From positions 160,001 through 224,000 of the forward strand of contig CBDAON010000004.1 in the NCBI GenBank assembly GCA_965198065.1: DNA of 64,000 nt. Direction: 5' to 3'. The first letter of the stretch is position 1, and each line of letters opens with the position of its first letter. The DNA is from Longimicrobiales bacterium. GTDB lineage: Bacteria; Gemmatimonadota; Gemmatimonadetes; Longimicrobiales; Gaopeijiaceae. Shown here in pieces: positions 48,338 to 58,677 of this stretch. The position numbers were made by a program, and so were the translations under genes. A model generated the notes under the pieces. It was not told where the DNA came from. It saw nothing but the letters and a program-made list of their open reading frames with translations, and made no database searches.

Positions 48338-49213
48338 TCAACGTCCCCCGAAAAGGGCTCCGAGGACGGCGTCCCGGGTCAGGATCCCCACGATCTCCCC
48401 TTCCCTGACGACCGGAAGCTGCGCTACGTCCTTGTTGACCATGAGCTGGGCCGCGTCCAGTAGGTCCTGCTCTTCGGGCACGCACATGACGGACCGGATC
48501 ATCGCTTGCCGGGCGGTGGCCGTCCAACGGCCCTCTCCCTCCGACCCACCTCGCCCCTTCTGCTCTAGCGCGTGTCTCAAGGCGTCACCGGCCGTCACGA
48601 CGCCCACGAGGTGGAGGTCCTCGCCGACGACGGGCAGTGCCTGCAACCCCTTCCGGGCCATGAGATCCACGACCTCCTGGAGCGGCGTGTCCGGAAAGAC
48701 CCGGTAAGACAGTGGGACGAGAACGTGCTCGACTCGGAGCGCCTCCGTAAGCTCGATACTCATGAGCCGCCGGGAGGACCGGACCTTGTCGGGCCCGGCG
48801 GCAGCGAGGATCCTCGACTCCACGGCCGGATCCCGGAGCACGCGCGCCAGGTTCTCGAGGGCCCCGCCTTTCACCTCCTGAGAGCGGGGCGTCACGAGGA
48901 CGAGGACGACTCTGGGACCCGGCGCATCGTCTGCCTCGGAGTCCAGAGGCGTGAGAGAGTTGGCGGCCACCCCCAGGGCCGCGACGGCCCCTTCGCCGTC
49001 TCTCGGCCGGAGGCTCAGCACCAGCGTGTTCGGAGACACGCGGCGAACGCTCCCTCCCTCACCCGTCTGCGCCCTCCGAATCCGTTCCTCTGCCGAGCGC
49101 ACGTCGGGCGTGCCCCCCTCGTCCTCGAGGAGCAGCGCGAGGGCCTCGGCCACCGAGGCCGCGGTGAGCCCTAGCTTGATGCGCTCGGGGGAGAGGAGTT
49201 CCGACAGCCGCAT
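48338..49213 (-). CDS. PTS EIIA(Ntr/Fru)-like domain fused to a CBS pair
   Basis: N-terminal MRLSELLSPERIKL...VVLVLVTP...LARVLRD; C-terminal CBS motifs LPVV...VGVVT and LPVVREGEIVGILT. Confidence 0.75.
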   Translation of the reverse strand: MRLSELLSPERIKLGLTAASVAEALALLLEDEGGTPDVRSAEERIRRAQTGEGGSVRRVSPNTLVLSLRPRDGEGAVAALGVAANSLTPLDSEADDAPGPRVVLVLVTPRSQEVKGGALENLARVLRDPAVESRILAAAGPDKVRSSRRLMSIELTEALRVEHVLVPLSYRVFPDTPLQEVVDLMARKGLQALPVVGEDLHLVGVVTAGDALRHALEQKGRGGSEGEGRWTATARQAMIRSVMCVPEEQDLLDAAQLMVNKDVAQLPVVREGEIVGILTRDAVLGALFGGR

Positions 49214-49248
49214 GGTCGTTTCGCGGGGTGTCCCGGATCCGTCGTCCG

Positions 49249-50136
49249 TCAGGCCCGCAGTGCCTTCCTAACGAGGTCTCGGATCTCGACCGGGCGACGC
49301 GCGACGGCGATTCCGTTCTCCTCGAAGGCCGCGATCTTCTCCTCCGCGGTACCCGCCGACCCAGAAATGATGGCCCCCGCATGGCCCATCCGGCGACCCG
49401 GGGGCGCGGTCTGACCCGCGATGAAACCGACCAGCGGAACCGAGAGGTGCTCCTTCGCCCACCGGGCTGCTGCCTGCTCGTCCGTCCCCCCGATTTCCCC
49501 GATCATGACGACGGCCTCGGTTTGACGGTCGTCCCGAAAAGCCGCGAGACAGTCGATGAAGCTCGTGCCAATGATCGGGTCACCCCCGATGCCCACGCAG
49601 GTCGTCTGGCCGATTCCGGCGAGCGTCAGCTGGTTCACGGCCTCGTAGGTGAGGGTGCCGGAGCGCGAGATGACACCGACCGGGCCGGGCGTCGTGATCT
49701 GGGCTGGAATGATCCCCACCTTAGACTGGCCGGGCGAGATCAGTCCCGGGCAGTTCGGCCCGAGGAGCCTCGTTCCCCGGTCCCCCACCATCGCGAGGGC
49801 GCGGGCCATGTCCTGGACGGGAATACCCTCCGTAATGGCCACGATGAAGGGAACGCCGGCGTCCGCCGCTTCCATGATGGCGCTGGCCGCGAACTGGGGT
49901 GGCACGTAAATGACGGAGGCGTTCGCGCCCGTCTCCTCGACCGCGCGCTCAACGGTGTTGAAGATGGGGACGGTCGATCCGTTCCCGGTATCAAAGCTCT
50001 GCCCGCCCTTCCCCGGTGTGACCCCCGCAACGACCGCTGTCCCGTACGCGAGCATCTGCGCTGTGTGGAACGATCCGTCCCGTCCGGTGATTCCCTGGAC
50101 GACGAGACGAGTCGTGCGATCGATGAAGACGGCCAT
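49249..50136 (-). CDS. sucD: Succinyl-CoA synthetase alpha subunit
   Basis: [39 protein letters not shown]. Confidence 0.98.
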   Translation of the reverse strand: MAVFIDRTTRLVVQGITGRDGSFHTAQMLAYGTAVVAGVTPGKGGQSFDTGNGSTVPIFNTVERAVEETGANASVIYVPPQFAASAIMEAADAGVPFIVAITEGIPVQDMARALAMVGDRGTRLLGPNCPGLISPGQSKVGIIPAQITTPGPVGVISRSGTLTYEAVNQLTLAGIGQTTCVGIGGDPIIGTSFIDCLAAFRDDRQTEAVVMIGEIGGTDEQAAARWAKEHLSVPLVGFIAGQTAPPGRRMGHAGAIISGSAGTAEEKIAAFEENGIAVARRPVEIRDLVRKALRA

Positions 50137-50138
50137 GG

Positions 50139-51269
50139 CTACTCCGCGAGCCGGACGGCCTGCTCGACCACCTCGTCCATGGACGCATAGGCGGAGAGGC
50201 CCCGTTCCTTTAGGATCGCGATTCCTTCCGCCTCGTTCGTTCCCGTGAGGCGGATCACGATCGGCGGATCGATCGCGATCCGATCGGCCGCCTCGACGAT
50301 CCCCCGAGCGACGTCGTCGCATCGGGTGATCCCACCGAAGATGTTGAACAGGATCACTTTTACGTTCGGGTCCGCCGTGATGATCTCCAGCGCCGCCACC
50401 ACCTTGTCGGGGTTCGAGGAGCCCCCAATGTCCAGAAAGTTGGCCGGCTCGCCCCCGTGATACTTGACCAGGTCCATGGTGGCCATGGCGAGCCCCGCCC
50501 CGTTCACGCAACATCCCACGTTCCCTTCCAGCTTCACGAACGAGAGCCCGGCCTCCCTGGCCTTTCGCTCGGCGGGCGGCTCGGCCGCCGTGTCCCGGTA
50601 GGCCTCGATGTCGGGAAGATGGTAGAGGGCGCTGTCGTCGATCGTGACCTTCGCGTCGATGGCCTTCACCTTCCCCTCGGGCGTCACGATGAGGGGGTTG
50701 ATCTCGGCCAGCGAACATGATCTCACCACGAACGCATCGTACAGGCGGGAGACGATCTTCGAGGCCTGCTTGGCGACGTCCGGATCGTCGTACAGGAAGG
50801 CGGCGATCCCGTAGGCCTGGTGCCGCAGGAGCCCGTACCGAGGATCCACGTGCACCTTCCGGATCGCTCCCGGCCTCGAGTGCGCCACCTCCTCGATGTC
50901 CACACCACCCTCCGCGGACGCCATGACGACGGGGGCCTTCCGACTCCGATCGATCAGGACCGCCACGTAGGCCTCCTTTTCGATCTCTTCCGCCGAAGTG
51001 ACGAGCACCTTGCGGACCGTGAGCCCCCGGATCTCCATGCCGAGGATCCGGGCCGCGTGCTCCCGGGCTTCCGCGGGCGAGCTCGCGAGCTTGACCCCAC
51101 CCGCCTTCCCCCGTCCTCCGGAGTGCACCTGAGCCTTCACGACGACCGTTGGGCCCAGCTGCATCGCCACGCGCTCAGCATCCTCGGGGGTCTCTACGAC
51201 CTCTCCGGGAGGCACCGGAATTCCGGCCTCGCGGAAGAGATCTTTGGCCTGGTACTCGTGCAGGTTCAT
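50139..51269 (-). CDS. sucC: Succinyl-CoA synthetase beta subunit
   Basis: [45 protein letters not shown]. Confidence 0.98.
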   Translation of the reverse strand: MNLHEYQAKDLFREAGIPVPPGEVVETPEDAERVAMQLGPTVVVKAQVHSGGRGKAGGVKLASSPAEAREHAARILGMEIRGLTVRKVLVTSAEEIEKEAYVAVLIDRSRKAPVVMASAEGGVDIEEVAHSRPGAIRKVHVDPRYGLLRHQAYGIAAFLYDDPDVAKQASKIVSRLYDAFVVRSCSLAEINPLIVTPEGKVKAIDAKVTIDDSALYHLPDIEAYRDTAAEPPAERKAREAGLSFVKLEGNVGCCVNGAGLAMATMDLVKYHGGEPANFLDIGGSSNPDKVVAALEIITADPNVKVILFNIFGGITRCDDVARGIVEAADRIAIDPPIVIRLTGTNEAEGIAILKERGLSAYASMDEVVEQAVRLAE

Positions 51270-51412
51270 CGACCCTCGGTGGCGCCGGGGGCAAAAGAGT
51301 CAGCAAGGTACGGAGAGCGTCGGGAGGCGATCAAGATCGGCCCGTCCCCAGAAGTCGCCGGGCGGTGGCGCCCATTACTCGCCCGCCCGTCGCCGGGCCG
51401 CTCGATGACACG

Positions 51413-54184
51413 TCAGGGTGCCGGGTCCGTGCCCTGGAGCTCGTCGGTGAGGATGCGCCTCAGCTCCTCAAGGCCGCGTCCGAACCCCTCCCAATCCCCT
51501 TCCCGAAGGCGCTCTTCGGCCCGATCGAGGGCCTCGACGGCCGCGCTACTCGCACTCTCCCTCGAGGGGAGGAGAATGGACCTTCCCGGGCCGAGGTCGA
51601 TCTCCGTGCCCTCCTCGAGGGCCCCCTGGGCCAGATAGCTCAGGGCGCGCTCGATGGATGTCTCCATCACGACCCTCCGCCCGTCGCTCACCACGAATCG
51701 ACGGATCTCCGGAATCGCGTCCACATCAGCCGCGAGGAAGACGGACTCGAGGTAATAGAGCGTGTTCTCGACCGGGACGAGGTGCAGGTGGCCGGTCCAG
51801 ACCTGGCTCCCCCCCTGTCTCCAGAGCGAGAACTGCTGCGAGATCTCGGGATCCTGCTCCACCATGGCCTCGATCTGCCCGGGGCCGAGGATCTGCTGCT
51901 CGACAGGAGCGTCCCAGAGGGAGAGCCGGCCGCCTTCCCCGGGGACCCAGCGCGCCGCCAGGAACGACGCCAGGTTCTGGCGCCCCTGCGGCACGAAGAC
52001 CGTGGAGAGGACGTATGCCTCCTCGTCCCCCGGACCGGGAAGGTCCAGCAGCCCGTACTCGGCACGGTAGGCGACCGGCAGGGCCGGGTTCGTCGAGAGC
52101 TCAGTTGCGAGGTCCCAGCGGTCCTGCTGCCCGTGGAACACGGGCGGGCTCTCCTGGTGGAAGCGCGTCAGTACCTCGGCCTGCAGCTCCAGGAGAACCC
52201 TTGAGTAGCGGAGGTGGCCCGCCAGCTCGGCCGGCATCTCGGCGAGGTCCCGAAACAGCGTCGGGAATCCCCGGGCGTACGCCTGGATGAGCGGGTCCGC
52301 GGGGTCCACCATGTACAGCCGCGTGTCTCCCGTTACGGCATCCACAGTCGCCTTGACCGAGTTCCTGAGGTAGTTCACCTCCCGCCCGTTCGGCAGCCGG
52401 TGGACACCGGAAAGCGGAAGGGACTCGGAGGCGGTGAACCCCTCCAAGATCCAGAACACGCGCCCGTCCGCGACGATCGGGACGGGCGGCTCGGGAAAGA
52501 GGAGGAAGGGGGCGAGGGCAATCACTCTCTCCTGAGCCTGCCGGCGGTAGACGAGACGACTCTCCGGACCCACTTCCGACGCGAGCAGCACGTTCGGATC
52601 CTGGAACCGCCAGGCCAGCGCGAGCGTGCGAAACAGCGATCCGACCGGGATTCCGTTCGGGTAATCCACGCCCGGCGTTCCGGGCCGGCCCGACGGATTG
52701 AGGAACTCATCCTCCGTCGCGTTGATGACTGAGTAGAGCTGTGGGCGGCTCCCGATGAACACCGAGGGTCGCGTGAGCTGGAGTTGATCGGGAACGCCAG
52801 GTCCGGGTCGAAACTCCGGCGGGATCGCCGTCAGAAACATGGGGAGCCGGCCCTCGGTATGCCGGCTCAACTGGCCCGCCACCGCCCCCATCCCCGAGAT
52901 GTACCGCTCCCTCAAGTGGAGGTTCTGCCAGTTCGGATCCGGAATCCCCGTCGGGTTCACCTCCCGGACCGAGGCCGCGATCGGCGCCACCCCCTCGCTC
53001 GAGGGATATCGGTCGAAGGCGACCTCGCGGAAGTCGTAATACTGGAACCGAGCCTCGAGCTGCCGGAAGGTCGTGAGCAGTGTCGCGTCGGTCCACACCG
53101 GGAGGCGCGTGAGCCGCTCGAGGGCGCCCTCCCATGCGGAGGCGTCGGGCACCGAGTAGTCGAGGCGCTGACGGTCCATCCCGTCCAGCGCAAACCCCAG
53201 GCGCGTGAACGCGACTGCGTCCCGGATATAGGGGGTCTCCCGCTCGATCTCGTTCGGCTGTACCTGGAAGCGCTGCACGAGCGCCGGGTAGACCTGCCCG
53301 AGCCCTACGGCGGCGACGAACACGGCGCCGAAGCTGATTCCCGCGGGGAGGAGCCAGCCGCGTCGAGCTCCCCAGAACACGGCCGCGGCAGCGGCCAGGC
53401 AGAGGAACGCGACCGTTCGGTACCCGGGGATCCGGACCTGGTGGTCGGCGTATCCGAAGATGTTCTGGACTCCTGAATTCCCGTCCATGAGCAGCCCGAA
53501 AGGGACCAGGTAGAACCGGAGCCCGAGGATGATCAGGAAGGCTCCGGCGAGAATCGCGAAGTGCCGTGCCGGGCGTAGCGACATCGAGAGCCGGCCGCTC
53601 GTCCATCCGATCGCCCCCGTGGCCGCGTAGCCTCCGGCCGAGAGCGCCCCGATGAGGACCGTGATAACGAGCCCGAAGGCGACCGCCCCCTCGAGCAGGG
53701 GGAGAAGGAAGACGTAGAATCCGAGATCGCGGCCCAGAATCGGATCGATCGTGCCCCAGGGGTCGCCGTAGAGCGCGAGCATCGCTCGGAGCCCGGTTCC
53801 CCCCGGGATCACGGTGGCGCACCAGAATCCGACGAACACGCTCGCGATAACGGCCGCCCACGCCACGTAGCTCCCGGGCAGCTGCTCCTGGATGACCAGA
53901 TCTCCGAACCTCCTCTTCACCTGGAGCCCCTGGAACGACCTGGCGACGAGCTGGAGGTTGGCCCACGTGACCAGCGCGGTCACCGCACCCGTGACCACCC
54001 GCGCCCCCCACTCCCACATCGCCCTCGTCCAGAACACTTCCGGGATGCCCTCCGCACGGAACCAGAGGAGGTCCACGTAAAGCACGACGCCCCAGCGGCC
54101 CACGAACAGGAGCAGGAGGAGCCCCAGGAAACCCGCCAGGAGGAAGCGCCCTCCCCGGAACGATCGAAGCATTCGGTCAGACAT
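51413..54184 (-). CDS. UPF0182-family membrane protein
   Basis: DLLWF, DPILGRDLGFYVFLLP, VQPNE, NYLRNSVKATVDAVTG, GDWEGFG. Confidence 0.93.
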   Translation of the reverse strand: MSDRMLRSFRGGRFLLAGFLGLLLLLFVGRWGVVLYVDLLWFRAEGIPEVFWTRAMWEWGARVVTGAVTALVTWANLQLVARSFQGLQVKRRFGDLVIQEQLPGSYVAWAAVIASVFVGFWCATVIPGGTGLRAMLALYGDPWGTIDPILGRDLGFYVFLLPLLEGAVAFGLVITVLIGALSAGGYAATGAIGWTSGRLSMSLRPARHFAILAGAFLIILGLRFYLVPFGLLMDGNSGVQNIFGYADHQVRIPGYRTVAFLCLAAAAAVFWGARRGWLLPAGISFGAVFVAAVGLGQVYPALVQRFQVQPNEIERETPYIRDAVAFTRLGFALDGMDRQRLDYSVPDASAWEGALERLTRLPVWTDATLLTTFRQLEARFQYYDFREVAFDRYPSSEGVAPIAASVREVNPTGIPDPNWQNLHLRERYISGMGAVAGQLSRHTEGRLPMFLTAIPPEFRPGPGVPDQLQLTRPSVFIGSRPQLYSVINATEDEFLNPSGRPGTPGVDYPNGIPVGSLFRTLALAWRFQDPNVLLASEVGPESRLVYRRQAQERVIALAPFLLFPEPPVPIVADGRVFWILEGFTASESLPLSGVHRLPNGREVNYLRNSVKATVDAVTGDTRLYMVDPADPLIQAYARGFPTLFRDLAEMPAELAGHLRYSRVLLELQAEVLTRFHQESPPVFHGQQDRWDLATELSTNPALPVAYRAEYGLLDLPGPGDEEAYVLSTVFVPQGRQNLASFLAARWVPGEGGRLSLWDAPVEQQILGPGQIEAMVEQDPEISQQFSLWRQGGSQVWTGHLHLVPVENTLYYLESVFLAADVDAIPEIRRFVVSDGRRVVMETSIERALSYLAQGALEEGTEIDLGPGRSILLPSRESASSAAVEALDRAEERLREGDWEGFGRGLEELRRILTDELQGTDPAP

Positions 54185-55562
54185 GGACGCCCTGGGTCAG
54201 GAGCCACGATTCCACCTCGCCCCGAATCCCGACGAGGCCCCGCGGATCCCGAGCCTCGAAGCGGGCGACAAGGACGGGTTGGGTGTTCGAGGCGCGGAGG
54301 AGTGCCCATCCGTCAGGGAAGAGGATCCGCGCGCCGTCTACCGACACGACCTCGTGGCGGCGCCGGAAGTGCTCCACCGCGGCGGATATGATGCCAGCCT
54401 TGGACTCCTCGGGCACCTCGATTCGGACTTCGGGAGTGGAGGCGTATGTCGGAAACGCGTCCGTTCTCTCGGAGATCGGGCGGTCCGAGCGAGAGACCAG
54501 GTCCACGAGGCGACACGCGCCGTAGAGAGCGTCGTCCGTGCCGATGAACTCGTCTGCGAAATAGATGTGGCCGGAGAGCTCCCCCCCGATCGGCGCGCCC
54601 GTCTCGATCATCTTCTCCTTCATGAGGGAGTGACCCGTCTTCCACATGAGGCCCTTTCCTCCCGCCTTCCCAAAAACCTCGGGCAGGACCTGCGAGCACT
54701 TCACGTCGTAGACGAGGAGCTGCCCGCGGCCGCGCTTCTCGAGAAGATCGAGGCCGAACAGGAGGAGGAGCACATCCCCGCGGATGATCCGGCCCCGGTC
54801 GTCCACGGCACCCAGTCGATCGGCGTCCCCGTCGAACGCGACGCCCACGTCGGCCCCGGTCGAGCGGACCTCTCGGATCAGCGCCTCGAGGTTCTCGTCC
54901 ACCGATGGGTCGGGGTGGTGGTTCGGAAACGTCCCGTCCGACTCGCAGAAGAGTGGCACGACCTCCGCGCCCAAGCGCTCCAGCAGCGACACCGCCACAA
55001 CCGAGCCCGTCCCGTTGCCACAGTCGACGACCACCTTCACGGGCTTCGCCAGGCGGAACCGGCTCGCCACGTCGTCCACGTATCGATCAAGCACGGAAAC
55101 GTCCGTCCGCTTCCCGTCCCCCGAGCGGAGATCCCCTCCGAGGATGCGCTCACGAAGTGCGCGCACGTCGTCGCCGTAGAACGGGCCCCCCCTAAGCGTC
55201 ATCTTGACGCCGTTCCATTCCGGGGGGTTGTGCGATCCGGTGATCTGGACCGCCCCGTCGGAGCTCTCGATCTGCTCGGCCCAGTAGGTGACCGGGGTCG
55301 GCATCGTCCCCAGGGCCCGCACGTCAACTCCCGCGGACAGGAGGCCCGAGATCACCGCGTCCGCCAGCTCGTCGGACGCCGGGCGGTTGTCGTTCCCCAC
55401 CACGACGACGGGCCTCCGGCCTTCGATCCCGTCTCCCTCCAGGGACTCAGCCAGGACGGTCCCGTAGGCGCGCCCGACGTCCCGAACGAGGGCCGGGGTG
55501 AGGTCCTCCCCCACGATCCCCCGAATATCGTATTCGCGAAAAACGCGAGCCGATAAGTTCAT
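54177..55562 (-). CDS. Phosphomannomutase/phosphoglucomutase
   Basis: FREYDIRG, TGSHNP, FPNHHPDP, DGDADR, GELSGH, RASNTQP. Confidence 0.95.
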   Translation of the reverse strand: MNLSARVFREYDIRGIVGEDLTPALVRDVGRAYGTVLAESLEGDGIEGRRPVVVVGNDNRPASDELADAVISGLLSAGVDVRALGTMPTPVTYWAEQIESSDGAVQITGSHNPPEWNGVKMTLRGGPFYGDDVRALRERILGGDLRSGDGKRTDVSVLDRYVDDVASRFRLAKPVKVVVDCGNGTGSVVAVSLLERLGAEVVPLFCESDGTFPNHHPDPSVDENLEALIREVRSTGADVGVAFDGDADRLGAVDDRGRIIRGDVLLLLFGLDLLEKRGRGQLLVYDVKCSQVLPEVFGKAGGKGLMWKTGHSLMKEKMIETGAPIGGELSGHIYFADEFIGTDDALYGACRLVDLVSRSDRPISERTDAFPTYASTPEVRIEVPEESKAGIISAAVEHFRRRHEVVSVDGARILFPDGWALLRASNTQPVLVARFEARDPRGLVGIRGEVESWLLTQGVHV

Positions 55563-55608
55563 AGCAGCGCACCGAGGCCTAGTGTGGGGCCGCCGCTTCG
55601 GCAGGGAT

Positions 55609-57117
55609 TCACCTCGCAGCGGCCTCGAATACCCGAAGTCCCAGACCGTCCGCGGCGGTCGTCGCGCCGTCCAGCAGCCCACCGGGGAACACCCCGAGGA
55701 ATAGCAGGACTCCGGCGCACCCCACGAGCACCACGAGGACGCTGAGAGGCGCCATTACGTCCGGGGGGCGCCAGTCTCCGGGAGCCGCACGCATCCACAT
55801 GTGCCACGCGACCCTCAAGTAATAGTAGTACGAAACCACTGTGGTGAGGGCCAGGATGGTGGCGAGGACCCAGAGCCGGCTCTCGGCAGCTCCCTGGAGT
55901 AGGAAGATCTTCCCCATGAAACCGCCCGTACCAGGAAAGCCCGCGAGCGAGAGAAGGAACACCGTGAGAAGCACCCCGAGCAACGGCTGGGACAGCCCGA
56001 ACCCGGAGTAATCCTCCAGCTGGAAGCGGGACTCTCCCTGCTCGCCCACGATCATGACGACCCCGAAAGCCCCGAGGGTCATGACCGTATAGACCAGGAT
56101 GTAGAAGAGGATCCCGGCCGTCGCGATCTCGTTCGCCGCCGCCACCCCCACGAGGAGATACCCTCCGTGGGCGAGGGACGAGTACGCGAGCATGCGCTTC
56201 ACGTTCGACTGCGCCAGCGCGATCAGGTTAGCCGCGATCATAGTGAGTGCGGCCAGCCACCATACGACCGGATACCAGGACTCGTACAGCGGAGCGAAGG
56301 CCGCCGTGAAGACGCGCAGGAAGGCCGCGAACGAGGCGGCCTTGACGGCGGCGGCCATGAAGCCGGTGGACGGGGAAGGCGCCCCCTCGTATACGTCCGG
56401 AGTCCACATGTGGAACGGTACGGCTCCGACCTTGAACGCGAAGCCCACGCCGAGGAGCCCCATTCCCGCGAGGACGAGACCGTTGAAGCCCGAGCCCGCC
56501 TCCACCGTCGCGCGGATCTGTACCAGGTCCACCGTACCCGCGCCTCCCCACACCAAGGCAATGCCGTAGAGCAGAAATGCGGACGAGAACGCTCCCAGGA
56601 TGAAGTACTTGATCCCGGCCTCCGCCGACTTCCGCTCGCGCCGATGATAGGCCGTGAGTACATACGCGGAGATGGACATGGTCTCGAGAGCCAGGAACAA
56701 CAGGATGAGGTTCGTCGTCCCCGCCATGATCATCATCCCGACCGTGGCCATGAGGATCAGCGTGTAGAACTCGCCCGCTTGAAGCCTTTGCCTCGCCATG
56801 TAGGGGAAGGAGACCAGGATGGTGAGCGCGGCCCCGAGGAGGAACACCCAGTTGGCGTAGAGACGAAACGAATCCAGCGCGATCATCCCCGGCCCGCCCG
56901 TGGGAATGACTCCGTGGAGCCATCCGTTCATGACAGCGGCGGCGAGGAGGCCGGCCAACGCCAGCCAGCCCAGCGGCTGGGCTTGATCCGTGGGTTCGCC
57001 TGGGGCGCCCTCGATCCACACCCCGGCAAGGAGCACGGCCATCGCCCAGACCGAGAGGACGATCTCGGGAAGGAGGATCAGCACCAGATGGGCGGAGGAT
57101 CCGAGGTCGAGCGTCAC
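55609..57117 (-). CDS. nuoN: NADH-quinone oxidoreductase subunit N
   Basis: EAGIKYFILG, FKVGAVPFHMWTPDVYEGAP, KRMLAYSS, LSLAGFP. Confidence 0.96.
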   Translation of the reverse strand: MTLDLGSSAHLVLILLPEIVLSVWAMAVLLAGVWIEGAPGEPTDQAQPLGWLALAGLLAAAVMNGWLHGVIPTGGPGMIALDSFRLYANWVFLLGAALTILVSFPYMARQRLQAGEFYTLILMATVGMMIMAGTTNLILLFLALETMSISAYVLTAYHRRERKSAEAGIKYFILGAFSSAFLLYGIALVWGGAGTVDLVQIRATVEAGSGFNGLVLAGMGLLGVGFAFKVGAVPFHMWTPDVYEGAPSPSTGFMAAAVKAASFAAFLRVFTAAFAPLYESWYPVVWWLAALTMIAANLIALAQSNVKRMLAYSSLAHGGYLLVGVAAANEIATAGILFYILVYTVMTLGAFGVVMIVGEQGESRFQLEDYSGFGLSQPLLGVLLTVFLLSLAGFPGTGGFMGKIFLLQGAAESRLWVLATILALTTVVSYYYYLRVAWHMWMRAAPGDWRPPDVMAPLSVLVVLVGCAGVLLFLGVFPGGLLDGATTAADGLGLRVFEAAAR

Positions 57118-58670
57118 CGAGATCTCGGGCCCAGGGTCAGCTGCTCCAGCTCCCCCCCTTCGCCCCCTCCCTCCACGTACTCGACGATCGCCCGAACGCT
57201 GGGCTCCATGCGGCGGAGTACAGGGGTGGGGTACACCCCGAGCACGAGCATCAGGGCGAGGAGCGGGGCGAGGATGGCACCTTCCCTCCAGCTGAGATCG
57301 GGCAGGCTCCGATTCTCGGGGCCCTCGAGCCGGTTGAAGAGCAGGCGCTGAACCATCGGCAGCATGTAGTAAGCCGCGAAGATCACACCCGACGCCGCCA
57401 CGACCGCGGCCACCGGGAAGCGCTCGAAGGTACCGAGCAGCGCGAGGAACTCCCCGACGAATCCGCTCGTCCCCGGTACCCCGATCGAGGTGAGCGCCGT
57501 CAGCACGAACGCGGTCGAGAGGAGCGGCGCCACCCTGGCGAGCCCGCCGAAATCCGAGATCAGTCGGGTGTGCCTGCGCTCGTAGAGCATCCCGATGAGG
57601 AGGAAGAGCGCGCCCGTGGACACCCCATGAGAGATCATGACCATGAGGCTGCCCTGCACACCGTTTACCGTGAGCGCGAACGTTCCGATGATGACGAACC
57701 CCATGTGGGCGACCGACGTGTAGGCGATGAGCTTCTTCGCGTCGGGCTGCACGGCGGCAACCCAGGCGGCGTACACGATGCCCGCCACCCCGAGGGTGAG
57801 CATCAAGGCTACGACCGTCGGGTGAACCGAGGCACCGGGAAAGAACGGGAGCACGAATCGGAGGAAGCCGTAGGTGCCCATCTTCAGGAGGACGGCCGCG
57901 AGGACCACGGATCCCGGGGTCGGCGCCTCGACGTGGGCGTCTGGAAGCCACGTGTGGAACGGAAATACCGGCACCTTGATCGCGAACGCCAGGGCGAACG
58001 CAGCGAAGAGCCAGAGCTGCTCCGTGAGCGTGAGCGGCGTGCCGAGCAGGTCGAGGTAGTGGAACGAAGGCGCGGGCCCGGCGTCACTCGCGCGGAAGTA
58101 GAGGTAGATGATGCCCACCAGCATGAGCAGGGACCCGAACGCCGTGTACAGGAAGAATTTCACCGCCGCGTAGACCCGCCGCTCCCCGCCCCAGACCCCG
58201 ATGATGAAGTACATCGGGACCAGGGTCAGCTCGAAGAACACATAGAAGAGAAAGAGATCCATCGCCACGAACACGCCCACGATGCCGGCCTCGAGGAGGA
58301 GCATGAGGGCGTAGAACGCCCGGCGGTGCTCCGTGATGTACTCGAACGATCCGAGGACGGCGAGCGGGATCGTCAGCGTCGTGAGGAGAATCATGAAGAG
58401 CGAGATCCCGTCGATGCCGAGTGCGTAGCTAATCCCCCAGGCCTCTATCCACTCGTTTCGGCTCACCAGCTGGAACAGCTCCCCGGCCGGATCGAACGCC
58501 CACCAGAGCCCAACGCTCAGGACGAAGACCCCCCCGGAGAACGCGAAGGCCACCCGCTTCGCCACCTCCTCGGAGGAAAGCAGAACGACCAGGGCGCCGA
58601 ACGCGGGGAGCCACACGAGGGCGTGGAGGGCCCACGCGTCGTACCCGACGGCCTCCAGGAGCGCGCTCAC
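57114..58670 (-). CDS. nuoM: NADH-quinone oxidoreductase subunit M
   Basis: GIDGISL, FYVFFE, IKVPVFPFHTWLPDAHVEAPT, LLKMGTYG, GFVGEF. Confidence 0.97.
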   Translation of the reverse strand: MSALLEAVGYDAWALHALVWLPAFGALVVLLSSEEVAKRVAFAFSGGVFVLSVGLWWAFDPAGELFQLVSRNEWIEAWGISYALGIDGISLFMILLTTLTIPLAVLGSFEYITEHRRAFYALMLLLEAGIVGVFVAMDLFLFYVFFELTLVPMYFIIGVWGGERRVYAAVKFFLYTAFGSLLMLVGIIYLYFRASDAGPAPSFHYLDLLGTPLTLTEQLWLFAAFALAFAIKVPVFPFHTWLPDAHVEAPTPGSVVLAAVLLKMGTYGFLRFVLPFFPGASVHPTVVALMLTLGVAGIVYAAWVAAVQPDAKKLIAYTSVAHMGFVIIGTFALTVNGVQGSLMVMISHGVSTGALFLLIGMLYERRHTRLISDFGGLARVAPLLSTAFVLTALTSIGVPGTSGFVGEFLALLGTFERFPVAAVVAASGVIFAAYYMLPMVQRLLFNRLEGPENRSLPDLSWREGAILAPLLALMLVLGVYPTPVLRRMEPSVRAIVEYVEGGGEGGELEQLTLGPRSR

Positions 58671-58677
58671 GAGGGCG

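Noticed and set aside
55563..57951. N-terminally extended ORFs for PMM (501 aa) and NuoN (780 aa), and likewise sucD, kdsC and wecB
   Set aside because: The extensions overlap upstream genes in other frames; true starts were reassigned to where family motifs begin
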